Of a stretch of 64,000 bases of DNA, positions 21,586 through 31,293 are shown piece by piece. Source of the DNA: Sphingomonas sp. (GTDB lineage: Bacteria > Pseudomonadota > Alphaproteobacteria > Sphingomonadales > Sphingomonadaceae); NCBI RefSeq assembly GCF_035944535.1, contig NZ_DASZBC010000002.1, forward strand, positions 34,638 to 98,637. Reading direction: 5' to 3'. Position 1 is the first letter of the stretch. Each line of letters begins with the position of its first letter. Both the position numbers and the translations under genes were made by a program. The notes beneath the pieces are model-generated. The model was not told where the DNA came from and did not search any database. It saw nothing but the letters and a program-made list of their open reading frames with translations.

Positions 21586-21642
21586 GTGCTCCGGCGAAGG
21601 CCGGAGCTTTGCGCCACAAGGCTCCGGCCTACGCCGGAGCAC
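21586..21642. repeat. palindromic REP element, family C variant (ctccggcgaaggccggagc // gctccggcctacgccggag)
   Basis: Inverted repeat between convergent genes. Confidence 0.75.
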
Positions 21643-21648
21643 ACTCGG

Positions 21649-23079
21649 CTAACCCGTCGCCGTCCCCCCGACAGTCAGCCCTTCGATCATCAGGCTCGGC
21701 TGGCCGACGCCCGCGGGCACGCTCTGCCCGCCCTTGCCGCACATGCCGACGCCTTCGTCCAGCGCGAAGTCGTTGCCGATCGCCCGCACCTTGGTGAGCA
21801 CCGTCGGGCCGTCGCCGATCAGGGTCGCGCCCTTGATCGGCGCGCCGAGCCGGCCATTCTCGATTCTGTACGCCTCGGTGCAGCTGAACACGAACTTGCC
21901 CGACACGATGTCGACCTGCCCGCCGCCGAAACTCTTCGCATAGATGCCGTTCTTCGCCCGCGCGATCATCTCGCCGGGATCGTCCTGCCCGCCCTTCATA
22001 AAGGTGTTGGTCATGCGCGGCATCGGCGCATGGGCGTAGGATTGGCGGCGGCCATTGCCGGTCGGCTCGACGCCCATCAGCCGCGCGTTCAGCCGGTCCT
22101 GCATATAGCCCTTGAGGATGCCGTCCTCGATCAGCACCGTCTCGCGCGTCGGCGTGCCTTCATCGTCGATCGACAATGATCCGCGCCGGTTCTCGATTGC
22201 GCCGTCATCGACAACCGTCACTCCGGGCGCCGCCACGCGCTCGCCGATCCGGCCCGAGAAAGCCGAAGTGCCCTTGCGGTTGAAGTCGCCTTCGAGCCCA
22301 TGACCGATCGCCTCGTGCAGCAGCACGCCCGGCCAGCCGGGCCCGCATACCACCGTCATCTCGCCCGCCGGAGCGGCGACGGATTCGAGGTTCACCAGCG
22401 CCTGGTCGAGCGCGATGCCGATGCCCCGCTGCCACGCCGCTTCCTCGAACAGCCGGCCGTAGAGATAGCGCCCGCCCATGCCGTAGCTGCCCGTCTCGCG
22501 TCGCCCATTCTGCTCGACCACGATCGAGATGTTGAGCCGCACCAGCGGGCGGATGTCCTGTGCGACATAGCCATCCGGCCGCACGATCTCGATCACGCTC
22601 CAGGAGCCCGATAGGCCAACCGACACCTGGCTTACCCGCGGGTCGCGCGCACGCGCCGTGGCATCGATCTTCTGGCACAGCGCCACCTTCTCGGCGAAGG
22701 GCACTAAGGTCAGCGGATCGTCGGCAGTATAGAGATGCCGGTTGCTGCGCTGCGGCGGGGGCGCCTTGTGACCCTTGGCCGGGTCCAGCAGCCGCATCGT
22801 CTCGGCGGCACGCTTGATCGCGGCGGCGGAAAGCTCGTTCGCATGCGCGAAGGCCGTCATCTCGCCCGAAACGCCGCGCAGGCCGAAGCCTGCGGTGGTG
22901 TTGTAGTCCGCCGTCTTCAGCCGCCCGTCATCGAAGCCGAAGCTCTCCGACGTCTGATACTGGAGGTAGAGCTCGCCATCGTCGCAGCGATGCAGCGCAT
23001 CGGCGGTCAGCTTGAGCGCAATGTCGGGATCGAGATCGGCCCGATAGAGCCAGGCGCGCGGATCGGTGGGGAGAGTCAT
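21649..23079 (-). CDS. tldD: metalloprotease TldD
   Basis: HEAIGHGLEGD motif and TldD-like sequence over its full length. ATG 23079 chosen because the longer extension reads into the repeat at 23109-23188. Confidence 0.92.
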   Translation of the reverse strand: MTLPTDPRAWLYRADLDPDIALKLTADALHRCDDGELYLQYQTSESFGFDDGRLKTADYNTTAGFGLRGVSGEMTAFAHANELSAAAIKRAAETMRLLDPAKGHKAPPPQRSNRHLYTADDPLTLVPFAEKVALCQKIDATARARDPRVSQVSVGLSGSWSVIEIVRPDGYVAQDIRPLVRLNISIVVEQNGRRETGSYGMGGRYLYGRLFEEAAWQRGIGIALDQALVNLESVAAPAGEMTVVCGPGWPGVLLHEAIGHGLEGDFNRKGTSAFSGRIGERVAAPGVTVVDDGAIENRRGSLSIDDEGTPTRETVLIEDGILKGYMQDRLNARLMGVEPTGNGRRQSYAHAPMPRMTNTFMKGGQDDPGEMIARAKNGIYAKSFGGGQVDIVSGKFVFSCTEAYRIENGRLGAPIKGATLIGDGPTVLTKVRAIGNDFALDEGVGMCGKGGQSVPAGVGQPSLMIEGLTVGGTATG

Positions 23080-23108
23080 GGGAAGGATATAGGAAGCGAA
23101 TCCCCTCC

Positions 23109-23188
23109 CGTCATGCCGGACTTGATCCGGCATCCCGCTTCTTTACTGCCGGCAAGAAGCGGGACCCCGGCTCAAGGCCGGGGTGACG
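23109..23188. repeat. triple-hairpin composite REP element (family B-like left arm, family C-like right arm)
   Basis: cgtcatgccggacttgatccggcatc / cccgcttctttactgccggcaagaagcggg / accccggctcaaggccggggtgacg: three consecutive hairpins bracketed by cgtca/tgacg. Confidence 0.75.
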
Positions 23189-23190
23189 AG

Positions 23191-23394
23191 TTAATGGTCG
23201 GCCAATGTCCCATCATCCGCCGGCCCGCCGGCCAGCGCGAAGCGCCGGTCGCAATAGCCGCACTCGCCAAAGCCGCGCTCGTCGATCTCGATGTAGATGC
23301 GCGGGTGGCCCAGCGCCGGGTCAATGCCGTGGCCGGAGCCGTCACAGGCGACGCGGCGGGAGTTGACGCGGAAGGTCTCGGGCGGCGGGATCAT
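23191..23394 (-). CDS. zinc-finger domain-containing protein (67 aa)
   Basis: VACDGSG....ECGYCDRRF is a Cys-pair zinc-ribbon. This small conserved gene is commonly next to tldD in alphaproteobacteria. Confidence 0.8.
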   Translation of the reverse strand: MIPPPETFRVNSRRVACDGSGHGIDPALGHPRIYIEIDERGFGECGYCDRRFALAGGPADDGTLADH

Positions 23395-23437
23395 GGTGCG
23401 GGCTGTTAGCTTGTGCGCGACGTGTGTTCAACAAATC

Positions 23438-23516
23438 CGTTCGTTTCGAGCGAAGTCGAGAAATACGCGTCACCCACGCCGAACCTGCGCTTCTCGACTT
23501 CGCTCGAAGCGAACGG
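23438..23516. repeat. palindromic element, family D
   Basis: ccgttcgtttcgagcgaagtcgagaa ... ttctcgacttcgctcgaagcgaacgg. Confidence 0.8.
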
Positions 23517-23553
23517 GGTTGGTTGTGCGCTGCTGCAAGACTAGAGCGCAGAT

Positions 23554-24471
23554 ATGACCGAAGCCGCCATCGCCATCCGTGAACTCGCCAAGACCTACAA
23601 GGGCGGCAAGCGCGCGCTGGACGGCGTCAGTTTCGACGTGCCCCGGGGCCAGATTTTCGGGCTGCTCGGTCCGAATGGCGCCGGCAAGTCGACGCTGATC
23701 AACATCCTTTCGGGCATGGTCAGGAAGACCAGCGGCACCGCCTCGATCTGGGGCTTCGACATCGACGAACATCCGCGTAACGCCAAGGCGTCGATCGGCA
23801 TCGTGCCTCAGGAGATCGTCTTCGATCCTTTCTTCACGCCGTTCGAGACGCTGGAGCTGTTCGCCGGCCTTTATGGTGTGCCGAAGGCGGAGCGGCGCTC
23901 GATGGAGCTGCTCCGCGCCGTCCATCTGGAAGACAAGCGCGACGCTTATTCGCGCACGCTATCGGGCGGCATGAAGCGTCGGCTGCTCGTCGCCAAGGCG
24001 ATGGTCCACTCCCCGCCCGTGCTGGTGCTCGACGAGCCGACGGCAGGCGTTGATATCGAACTCCGCCAGCAGCTCTGGGCCTATGTGCGCGAGCTGAACG
24101 GCCAAGGCATGACGGTGGTCCTCACCACCCATTATCTCGAAGAAGCGGAAGAGCTGTGCGACCGCATCGCGATCATCAACCATGGCCGGCTGATCGCAAA
24201 CGAGCCGACGCGCGAGCTGGTCAATAAGGCGCAGGAAAAGCTCGTCGAAGTGACGGTCGATCGCGACCTGGCCGCGCCGCCGGAAGCGCCATGCTTTGAA
24301 AAGATCGTGCTGCGCGGCGACCGGGTGCTGGAGATCACCTATTCCAAGGCCAAGGTGAATGCCGGCGAAGTGCTGGCGGCGGTCAGCGGCGCGGGTCTCG
24401 GCATCGTCGATGTGTCCACCAAGGAAGCCGATCTCGAGGACGTGTTCCTGAGCCTGACCCGCGCCGCCTGA
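23554..24471 (+). CDS. ABC transporter ATP-binding protein (ABC-2/DrrA-like)
   Basis: 305 aa. Walker A GPNGAGKST, signature LSGGMKRR, Walker B VLVLDEPT. No permease gene is adjacent. Confidence 0.9.
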   Translation: MTEAAIAIRELAKTYKGGKRALDGVSFDVPRGQIFGLLGPNGAGKSTLINILSGMVRKTSGTASIWGFDIDEHPRNAKASIGIVPQEIVFDPFFTPFETLELFAGLYGVPKAERRSMELLRAVHLEDKRDAYSRTLSGGMKRRLLVAKAMVHSPPVLVLDEPTAGVDIELRQQLWAYVRELNGQGMTVVLTTHYLEEAEELCDRIAIINHGRLIANEPTRELVNKAQEKLVEVTVDRDLAAPPEAPCFEKIVLRGDRVLEITYSKAKVNAGEVLAAVSGAGLGIVDVSTKEADLEDVFLSLTRAA

Positions 24472-24475
24472 CTCC

Positions 24476-26221
24476 TCAGGCGAGGGCGAAATGCTGGCCG
24501 AACAGCCGGTCCAGATCGATGAACAACGGTGTCTCTGGCAGCTGAAAGACAGGCTCCGGATGAAGCGTCGCAATGTCGGGCTGCTCGGCGGAGGGCTCCG
24601 CATGGACCTGGGCACTGGAACGCGCCCCGACGCCGGTAAAGATCAGGGCCGACTTGGACGCCGCGGACAGGCTGGTGCGCGCCACATGGCCGATCAGCTC
24701 GTCGCCTCCGTCCCAGCGGCCATTGCCATTGTCCTTGAAGATGGACGTGCCGCTCACGCCGTTCAGCGTTTCACGGTGGAAGATGTAGTCGGATGCGGAG
24801 CCGCTCAGCTGGATGCGGTCGCCCTTCGCGAAGTCCATGATCTGCACGAAGTCGGCACGGCCGGAAGGCGTGCCGCCCGTATTGTCGTAAAATGCGCCGC
24901 GTTGGTCTCCGAGCACGAAAATGTCGGCACCGGCACGCCCGAAGATCTTGTCGCGCGAATTATCACCGAGCGCCTTGTCACCCTTGCCGATCGCGTAAAT
25001 GACGTCGGCACCCGACGTGCCAAACACCGTCTCGCTGGCCGCCGTCCCATAAACTTCGCGCCCGGTAGAGGGAGGCGGAGTCGGTGAGGGAGACGGCGAC
25101 GGAGACGGTGAAGGTGAGGGTGAGGGTGCCGGACTTGGCGTCGGAGCAGGGGACGGCGAGCCGCCTCCGGGATGATAGCCATAGCCGTCGACCAGCAGGT
25201 CCTGCACCGTCGTTGCCGCACCCTTGTCGAGGTTCGGAATACGCGCCCGGTCCGCCGCGCTCCAGCGCAGCTCCAGATTGTCCCGCGCGTTTGCCTGAGT
25301 GCCCGGCATCACAAACACGTCGTCGGTGACGTTGCGGGCGATGGTGACGCCTTTCGCGTCTTCGACTTTGATCCAAAGGAAGGGCCAGTCGCCGGTTTGG
25401 GAAACGACCGTGTTGTTGGTGATCGCCACGCCATCGCCGCCCAGCACGGCAATACCGTGCCAATGCTCGCTGGTGTAGACGATGTTGTTGTCGATCTTCA
25501 CGTTCTTGAACGGCAGGTGCCCCCGTTCGTCGTTCATGAAGATGCCCTGCAGCCCGCGGCCGCCGCCCTGGAAAATCTGATTGCCCGTGATCGTGATGTT
25601 GGTGGATTGGGTGCTGGTTCCGTTGGTCTGGAACTGGATCGCGTCCGGGTGATCCTGTCCCTTGAAGAAGAAATCGTGGAAGCGGTTGTTGCGCACCATG
25701 ACATTATCGACATCGGCAAAGATCGCGCCGTCGCTGCGCAGATGGTGAAAATGGTTGTTCTCGACCGTCAGACCAGTCGTGCGCTGGAATACGGCGGCGC
25801 GGTGCAGCTCGGTGAACTCCGTGTTTGACACACGAACATCGGCGCTTTCGCGGACCAGCATGCCCCAGCCGTCATTTTGTGGCTTGCCGTCGAGTGACCC
25901 GTGCACCTTCAGCCCGTCGAGGCTGATGTTCCGCGAACTGGCGATGGTGATCATCTTCTCAAAGTCGGCATCGTCATCGTCCAGGGCATGGCCCACATCC
26001 AGCGCCTGAAGCGCAATGTTGCTCGACTTGGAGATGTTGAACGCTTCGATCCGCGCCGGATTGGCTGCATCGGCCGATCGGATGGTCACGGTCGCGCCGA
26101 AGTTGCGCCCGGACAAATAGACGGCATCATAGCTGCCAGCCTTGAGCAGAAAGGTTTCGCCGCCCACGGCCTTGGACAGCGCAGCCGTCAGCTGCGCCTG
26201 ATTGGCAATCAAAATCGACAT
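24476..26221 (-). CDS. right-handed parallel beta-helix repeat protein with Pro/Ser/Thr linker and degenerate Ca-binding (RTX-like) C-terminal region
   Basis: 581 aa with no N-terminal signal peptide. Periodic N..I.N/V.I..N beta-helix repeats. Linker PSPAPTPSPAPSPSPSPSPSPSPSPTPPPS. Then GTSGADVIYA..GDN..DKIFGRAGADIFVLGD. Confidence 0.7.
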   Translation of the reverse strand: MSILIANQAQLTAALSKAVGGETFLLKAGSYDAVYLSGRNFGATVTIRSADAANPARIEAFNISKSSNIALQALDVGHALDDDDADFEKMITIASSRNISLDGLKVHGSLDGKPQNDGWGMLVRESADVRVSNTEFTELHRAAVFQRTTGLTVENNHFHHLRSDGAIFADVDNVMVRNNRFHDFFFKGQDHPDAIQFQTNGTSTQSTNITITGNQIFQGGGRGLQGIFMNDERGHLPFKNVKIDNNIVYTSEHWHGIAVLGGDGVAITNNTVVSQTGDWPFLWIKVEDAKGVTIARNVTDDVFVMPGTQANARDNLELRWSAADRARIPNLDKGAATTVQDLLVDGYGYHPGGGSPSPAPTPSPAPSPSPSPSPSPSPSPTPPPSTGREVYGTAASETVFGTSGADVIYAIGKGDKALGDNSRDKIFGRAGADIFVLGDQRGAFYDNTGGTPSGRADFVQIMDFAKGDRIQLSGSASDYIFHRETLNGVSGTSIFKDNGNGRWDGGDELIGHVARTSLSAASKSALIFTGVGARSSAQVHAEPSAEQPDIATLHPEPVFQLPETPLFIDLDRLFGQHFALA

Positions 26222-26372
26222 GACACGACCCCGCCTTTGGTGCGCCTCCTCTGCGGGAGGGTCGGCCGTTCCTGTGGCCGCTGCGGCTGGTTACGAAGCG
26301 AAGCGGAGCTGAAAAACCGTCCTGCGGCGATTTGAGCCGAAACGGAGGCGAACCGAACCGGGTGCGGAACGC

Positions 26373-27995
26373 TTGGCCTGTGCCGTCCATCTAGCTAGAT
26401 CCACAGGCGTGGCGGAAGATCAGAGCTTCGATGTGGTGATCCTGGGGTCGGGCGCAGCCGGGCTGACGGCCGCGCTGAACCTAGCCGACCGTTTCCGTGT
26501 CGTGGTGCTGGCCAAGGGCGGGCTGTCCGAAGGGTCCACCGCCTGGGCGCAGGGCGGCATCGCCGCCGTCCTCGACGAGGGCGACACGTTCGAGCATCAC
26601 ATCGAAGACACGATGGTTGCCGGCGCCGGCCTGAACGACCGCGAGACGGTCGAGTTCGTGGTCGAGAATGCTCCCGCGGCGATCGCCCGCCTCGCCGAGC
26701 TCGGTGTGCCGTTCAACGAGGAAGGGCCCGGCTGGCACCTGACGCGCGAGGGCGGGCACAGCCACCGCCGCATCGTCCATGTCGACGACGCGACCGGCTG
26801 GGCCGTGCAGCAGGCGCTGGAGCGCGCCGCTCACGCCCACCCCAACATCACTCTGGTGCCCGACCGGGTGGCGATCGACCTCGTCACCGGGCGCCACGGC
26901 GTCCGCTATTCAGGCGATGGCCGCGTCTGGGGCGTATACGCCATCAACCGCCAGACCGGCGGCGTCGAACTCTTCACCGGCCGAGCGAGCATCCTCGCGA
27001 CCGGAGGCGCGGGCCGCACCTATCTTTATTCGACCGCGCCGCGCGGCGCGACCGGCGACGGCATCGCCATGGCGTGGCGGGCGGGTTGCCGAGTGTCGAA
27101 CATGGAGTTCATGCAGTTCCACCCGACCTGTCTATACAACCTTGAGGTCAAGAATTTCCTGATCACCGAAGCGGTGCGCGGCGAAGGCGGGATGCTGAAG
27201 CTGCCGACCAATGGCCATCGCTTCATGCCGGACTTCGACCCGCGGGCCGAGCTGGCCCCGCGCGATGTCGTCGCCCGCGCGATCGACCACGAGATTAAGC
27301 GGCTCGGCCTCGATTACGTCCATCTCGACATCAGCCACCAGCCGCCCGAGTTCGTGAAAGATCATTTCCCCACCATCCATGCCAAGCTGATGACGCTCGG
27401 CATCGACATCACCAAACAGCCGATCCCCGTCGTTCCCGCCCAGCATTACACCTGCGGCGGCGTCATCATCGACCTGCACGGCTGCACCGACCTGCCCGGC
27501 CTCTATGCCGCCGGCGAAGTCTCGGAATCGGGCCTGCACGGCGCCAATCGCCTTGCCTCCAACTCGCTCCTCGAGTGCTTTGTCTTCGGCGAAGCGGCGG
27601 CGAAGCACATTGCCGCCAATTTCGACAGCTTCCCCGAGCCGCCGCCCATCCGCCCCTGGGACGAAAGCCGCGTCACCGATTCCGACGAGGAAGTCATCGT
27701 CCAGCACAATTGGCGCGAGATCCGTCGCTTCATGTGGGACTATGTCGGCATCGTCCGCACCGACAAGCGCCTCGAACGTGCCCAGCACCGCATCCGCCTG
27801 CTGCGTCAGGAAGTCGCCGACTATTACGGCCATTTCCGCGTCACGCCCGACCTGGTCGAGCTACGCAACCTGGTCGAGGTCGCCGACCTGATCGTCCGCT
27901 CGGCCCTGTCCCGCAAGGAAAGCCGAGGCCTGCATTATACGCTCGACTATCCTGATATGCTCGCCGAGGCGCGGGATACGGTCCTGGCGCCTTAG
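26373..27995 (+). CDS. nadB: L-aspartate oxidase
   Basis: FAD motif VVILGSGAAGL, then RHSHRRIVH and the HYTCGG region. The start is uncertain: TTG 26373 or GTG 26409. Confidence 0.93.
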   Translation: MACAVHLARSTGVAEDQSFDVVILGSGAAGLTAALNLADRFRVVVLAKGGLSEGSTAWAQGGIAAVLDEGDTFEHHIEDTMVAGAGLNDRETVEFVVENAPAAIARLAELGVPFNEEGPGWHLTREGGHSHRRIVHVDDATGWAVQQALERAAHAHPNITLVPDRVAIDLVTGRHGVRYSGDGRVWGVYAINRQTGGVELFTGRASILATGGAGRTYLYSTAPRGATGDGIAMAWRAGCRVSNMEFMQFHPTCLYNLEVKNFLITEAVRGEGGMLKLPTNGHRFMPDFDPRAELAPRDVVARAIDHEIKRLGLDYVHLDISHQPPEFVKDHFPTIHAKLMTLGIDITKQPIPVVPAQHYTCGGVIIDLHGCTDLPGLYAAGEVSESGLHGANRLASNSLLECFVFGEAAAKHIAANFDSFPEPPPIRPWDESRVTDSDEEVIVQHNWREIRRFMWDYVGIVRTDKRLERAQHRIRLLRQEVADYYGHFRVTPDLVELRNLVEVADLIVRSALSRKESRGLHYTLDYPDMLAEARDTVLAP

Positions 27996-28022
27996 CTAAC
28001 CCCTCCCCTTTAGGGGAGGGGC

Positions 28023-28868
28023 TTAATCACGCAAAAACTCCCGCACTTCCGCGTAGAAGCGCTGCGGCTGGGAATACATGATCATGTGCGTGGCGCCCGA
28101 GACGCGCCGCAGCGTCGCACCCTTCGCCGGCGCGTAGCTGCTCCGGTACAGCCGATCGACCGCGAGCGCGTCCTGCGCACTCGCCGGCACTGCATAGACC
28201 ACCGTCAGCGGCGCCCTGATCCGCGGCAGCTCGGGCGTGAGGTCCGTCGTCGCCAGTTCATGCGTGGCATGGGCGACTACGCCGGAGTCGCTGCGGCTGT
28301 TGGCGATGCCCGACCCGCCGAAGCGGCCGATCAGGTTGTCGAGCGTGCGCCGCCCGCCCGGTGTGCTCATCAGCGATCCGAACAGCGCATCGGCAAGCGG
28401 CCGGATCTGCGCGCCGGCAAAGCCGAAGCCGCTCGCCGGCGCGGGGAGGATATCGATCGCCATGACCTTGCCCACGCGCGCCGGGTAGCGCGCCGCGACC
28501 ATCATCGCGACGATGCCGCCCATCGAATGGCCGATCAGCGCCGGGCTCTTGAGCTTGGCCTCGACGACGTATCGCGCAATCTCCTCGGCGACCGAAGAGA
28601 CCACCCGGCCACCCGCATTGCCACGCGCCGGATCGCCTGCGAACCCGGCCACCTGCACCAGGTGATAACGATAGCCCGGCACCGCCCGCACCGTGCCGTC
28701 CCACAAAGTGCGGCCATTGGTCAGGCCCGGGATCAGGATCACGTCCTGCCCTTCGCCCCGCACCTGCACGGAGAGCCGAGTCGACGTGAAGGTCAGCGCC
28801 ATCGCCTCGCCCGCGACGCCGAGCGCGGTCGCTGCCGCCGCGCCTTCCAGAAAAGTTCGTCTGTCCAT
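28023..28868 (-). CDS. alpha/beta hydrolase with Tat-type signal peptide
   Basis: ATG 28868 gives MDRRTFLEGAAAATALGVAGEAMA. Nucleophile elbow GHSMGG. Confidence 0.82.
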   Translation of the reverse strand: MDRRTFLEGAAAATALGVAGEAMALTFTSTRLSVQVRGEGQDVILIPGLTNGRTLWDGTVRAVPGYRYHLVQVAGFAGDPARGNAGGRVVSSVAEEIARYVVEAKLKSPALIGHSMGGIVAMMVAARYPARVGKVMAIDILPAPASGFGFAGAQIRPLADALFGSLMSTPGGRRTLDNLIGRFGGSGIANSRSDSGVVAHATHELATTDLTPELPRIRAPLTVVYAVPASAQDALAVDRLYRSSYAPAKGATLRRVSGATHMIMYSQPQRFYAEVREFLRD

Positions 28869-28953
28869 TACCTTAAGCCTATGGCGGAGATGGGTTGAAC
28901 CTTGGCTGACGCAAGGGGTGGGAACGCCGCCGCAGCCGTCGCGTTTGCCGCTC

Positions 28954-29427
28954 ATGGAGCACGACCATCCTCGCAGCACCGCCCGCATCGCCGGCCACCC
29001 GATCCATCCGATGACGGTGATGTTTCCCGTCGTGCTGTTTATTGCCACGCTCCTCTGCGACATCCTGTTCGCGACGACGGGCGAGCTGTTCTGGGCGACT
29101 GTCGGCCTGCTGACGCTCGGTCTCGGCATCCTCACCGCGGCGGTCGCGGCCATTTTCGGGCTGATCGACTATTTCGGCGATTCGCGCGTGCGGGCGCTCC
29201 GGGCCGCCAATCATCATCTGATCGCCAATGTGCTGGTGATGCTGGTTGAAATCCTGAACTGGTCGTGGCGCTTCACCGGCGGCCCCGGCGCGATCACGCC
29301 CACGGGCCTGATCATGTCCGCCATCGCCGTCCTCCTCCTCGGCTATTCGGGCTGGAAGGGCGCAACTCTTGTGTATGAACATGGGGTTGGCGTTGACTCC
29401 GGGCGGGAGGCCCGCCACAGCCGCTGA
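28954..29427 (+). CDS. DUF2231 domain-containing membrane protein
   Basis: ATG 28954. IAGHPIHPMTVMFPVVLF, then four TM segments. Confidence 0.72.
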   Translation: MEHDHPRSTARIAGHPIHPMTVMFPVVLFIATLLCDILFATTGELFWATVGLLTLGLGILTAAVAAIFGLIDYFGDSRVRALRAANHHLIANVLVMLVEILNWSWRFTGGPGAITPTGLIMSAIAVLLLGYSGWKGATLVYEHGVGVDSGREARHSR

Positions 29428-29455
29428 CGTCGCCGGCGGGCAACTGTCGGGCGTT

Positions 29456-29638
29456 CGCGGGAGAGTGTGAAGGTTCGCCTTCACCGCCGAAGGAGCAACC
29501 GCCCCGGAATCTCTCAGGTCAAAGGACCGCGAAGCGCTTCAGCGACACTCTGGAAAGCGTCCGTGCGTCAGCCCGGGCCACCGAAGGGGTAAGCCGGTCC
29601 CCGCGTCCGGTGAAAGCTCTCAGGTTCCGTGACAGAGG
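29456..29638 (+). promoter_or_regulatory. tandem glycine riboswitch (two aptamers)
   Basis: Aptamer 1: gggagag..caccgccgaaggagcaacc..ctctcaggtcaaaggac. Aptamer 2: ctctggaaag..ccaccgaaggggtaagcc..ctctcaggttccgtgacagag. Lies immediately 5' of gcvT. Confidence 0.88.
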
Positions 29639-29646
29639 GGGCAGCC

Positions 29647-30822
29647 ATGCGTTCGGTTCCGGCCGGACGCTGCTGCGCAGTCACGGAGGCCGAATTGAGC
29701 GAGCAAGCGGACGATCTTCCCACCCAGAGCCTGCCGCTCGATGCCTGGCACCGCGCCCGCGGCGCACGCATGGTGCCGTTCGCCGGCTATCACATGCCGA
29801 TCCAGTATGAAGGCATCATCGCCGAGCATCTCTGGACCCGCACCTCCGCCGGCCTGTTCGACGTCAGCCATATGGGGCAGCTGCTGATCAGCGGCCCCGA
29901 CGCGGCGACTGCGCTCGAGGCGTTGCTGCCCGGCGACATCAAGGGGCTCGCCGAAGGCAAGGTCCGCTACTCGCTGCTGCTGAACGAGAGCGGCGGCATC
30001 CTAGACGATCTGATGGTGACCAATCTCGGCGGCGGCACCTATTACATGGTCATCAACGGCGCGACCAAATGGGACGACATCGCCCATCTGCGCGAGCATC
30101 TGCCCGACGAGATCGTGCTCAACCATCTGGAGGATCAGGCGCTGCTGGCGGTGCAGGGCCCGAAGGCGGTGGAGGCGGTCGCCCGCATCTGGCCGCAGGC
30201 GGCTAGCCTCTATTTCATGGAATCAACCGGCTTCGACTGGAACGGCGTGCAGATCGGCATCGGCCGCTCCGGCTATACTGGCGAGGACGGCGTCGAGATC
30301 ACCCTGCCTGCTTCCGAAGCGGAGCGCGTCGCCGAGCTGCTCTGCCAGCAGCCGGAGATCAAGCCGATCGGCCTCGGCGCCCGCGACTCGCTGCGCCTGG
30401 AAGCTGGACTACCGCTCTACGGCCATGATCTGGACGAGGAGACCACGCCGGTGATGGCCGATCTCGGCTTCGCACTTTGGAAGCGCCGCCGCGAGGAGCG
30501 CAGTTTCCCCGGCGCCGAGCGCATCCTGATGGAGCGCGAGCAAGGCCCGGTGCTGAAGCGCGTCGGCCTGTTCGTCGAGGGCCGGCAACCGGTTCGCGAA
30601 GGCGCGGCGGTGGTCGACCAGGACGGCAATGAAGTCGGCCGCGTCACCTCGGGCGGCTTCTCGCCCAGCCTCGAGCGGCCAATCGCCATGGCCTATGTGC
30701 CGCTATCCTCCGCCCAGCCCGGAACGCGCGTGCGCCTCAACCAGCGCGCCAAGATCTTCGAGGGTGTCGTCACGCCGATGCCCTTCGTCCCGCACCGCTA
30801 TCACCGCAAGGGAGCAGCCTGA
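29647..30822 (+). CDS. gcvT: glycine cleavage system aminomethyltransferase T
   Basis: GcvT-like over its full length (..[20 protein letters not shown]..). ATG 29647 is the first start outside the riboswitch. TTG 29695, preceded by GGAGG, is an alternative. Confidence 0.92.
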   Translation: MRSVPAGRCCAVTEAELSEQADDLPTQSLPLDAWHRARGARMVPFAGYHMPIQYEGIIAEHLWTRTSAGLFDVSHMGQLLISGPDAATALEALLPGDIKGLAEGKVRYSLLLNESGGILDDLMVTNLGGGTYYMVINGATKWDDIAHLREHLPDEIVLNHLEDQALLAVQGPKAVEAVARIWPQAASLYFMESTGFDWNGVQIGIGRSGYTGEDGVEITLPASEAERVAELLCQQPEIKPIGLGARDSLRLEAGLPLYGHDLDEETTPVMADLGFALWKRRREERSFPGAERILMEREQGPVLKRVGLFVEGRQPVREGAAVVDQDGNEVGRVTSGGFSPSLERPIAMAYVPLSSAQPGTRVRLNQRAKIFEGVVTPMPFVPHRYHRKGAA

Positions 30823-31193
30823 TGCCGCGTTACTTTACCAAGGAACATGAGTGGATCGATGTCGATGGCGACACCGCCACCGTCGGCATCACCGATTATG
30901 CGCAGAGCCAGCTTGGCGACGTCGTCTTCGTCGAAGTGCCCGAAGCGGGCCGCCAGCTGACCCAGGGCGGCGAAGCGGCGGTCGTGGAATCCGTCAAGGC
31001 CGCGTCGGACGTCTATGCGCCGGTCTCGGGCGAAGTCACCGAAGGCAATGCCGCGCTCGCCGACACGCCCGACCTGGTGAACACCGCGCCGGAAGGCGAT
31101 GGCTGGTTTTTCAAGCTGCGCCTGTCGGACGCCTCGCAACTCGAGGCGCTGATGGACGAGGCTGCATATCAGGAATTCGTCTCGACCCTGTAG
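30822..31193 (+). CDS. gcvH: glycine cleavage system protein H
   Basis: 123 aa. Lipoyl-lysine context ESVKAASD. Start overlaps the gcvT stop. Confidence 0.96.
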   Translation: MPRYFTKEHEWIDVDGDTATVGITDYAQSQLGDVVFVEVPEAGRQLTQGGEAAVVESVKAASDVYAPVSGEVTEGNAALADTPDLVNTAPEGDGWFFKLRLSDASQLEALMDEAAYQEFVSTL

Positions 31194-31198
31194 GAATC

Positions 31199-31287
31199 TC
31201 GCTCGTCCCGAGCGTAGTCGAGGGGCGCTGGCACGACCTTGGAGCCGCGCCCCTCGACGACGCTTCGCTCCGCTCGGGACGAGCGAC
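31199..31287. repeat. palindromic element, family E (tcgctcgtcccgagcg..gtcgaggggcgc // gcgcccctcgac..cgctcgggacgagcga)
   Basis: Long inverted repeat. Second copy at 52208-52309. Confidence 0.8.
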
Positions 31288-31293
31288 AATGGA

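Noticed and set aside
25075-25165. Short-period DNA repeat considered as a possible CRISPR or non-coding VNTR
   Set aside because: It is the in-frame (Pro-Ser/Thr)n linker of the beta-helix protein, with no spacer/repeat architecture. The 9-bp array at 60466-60510 is also far too short and has no spacers, so it is not a CRISPR either.
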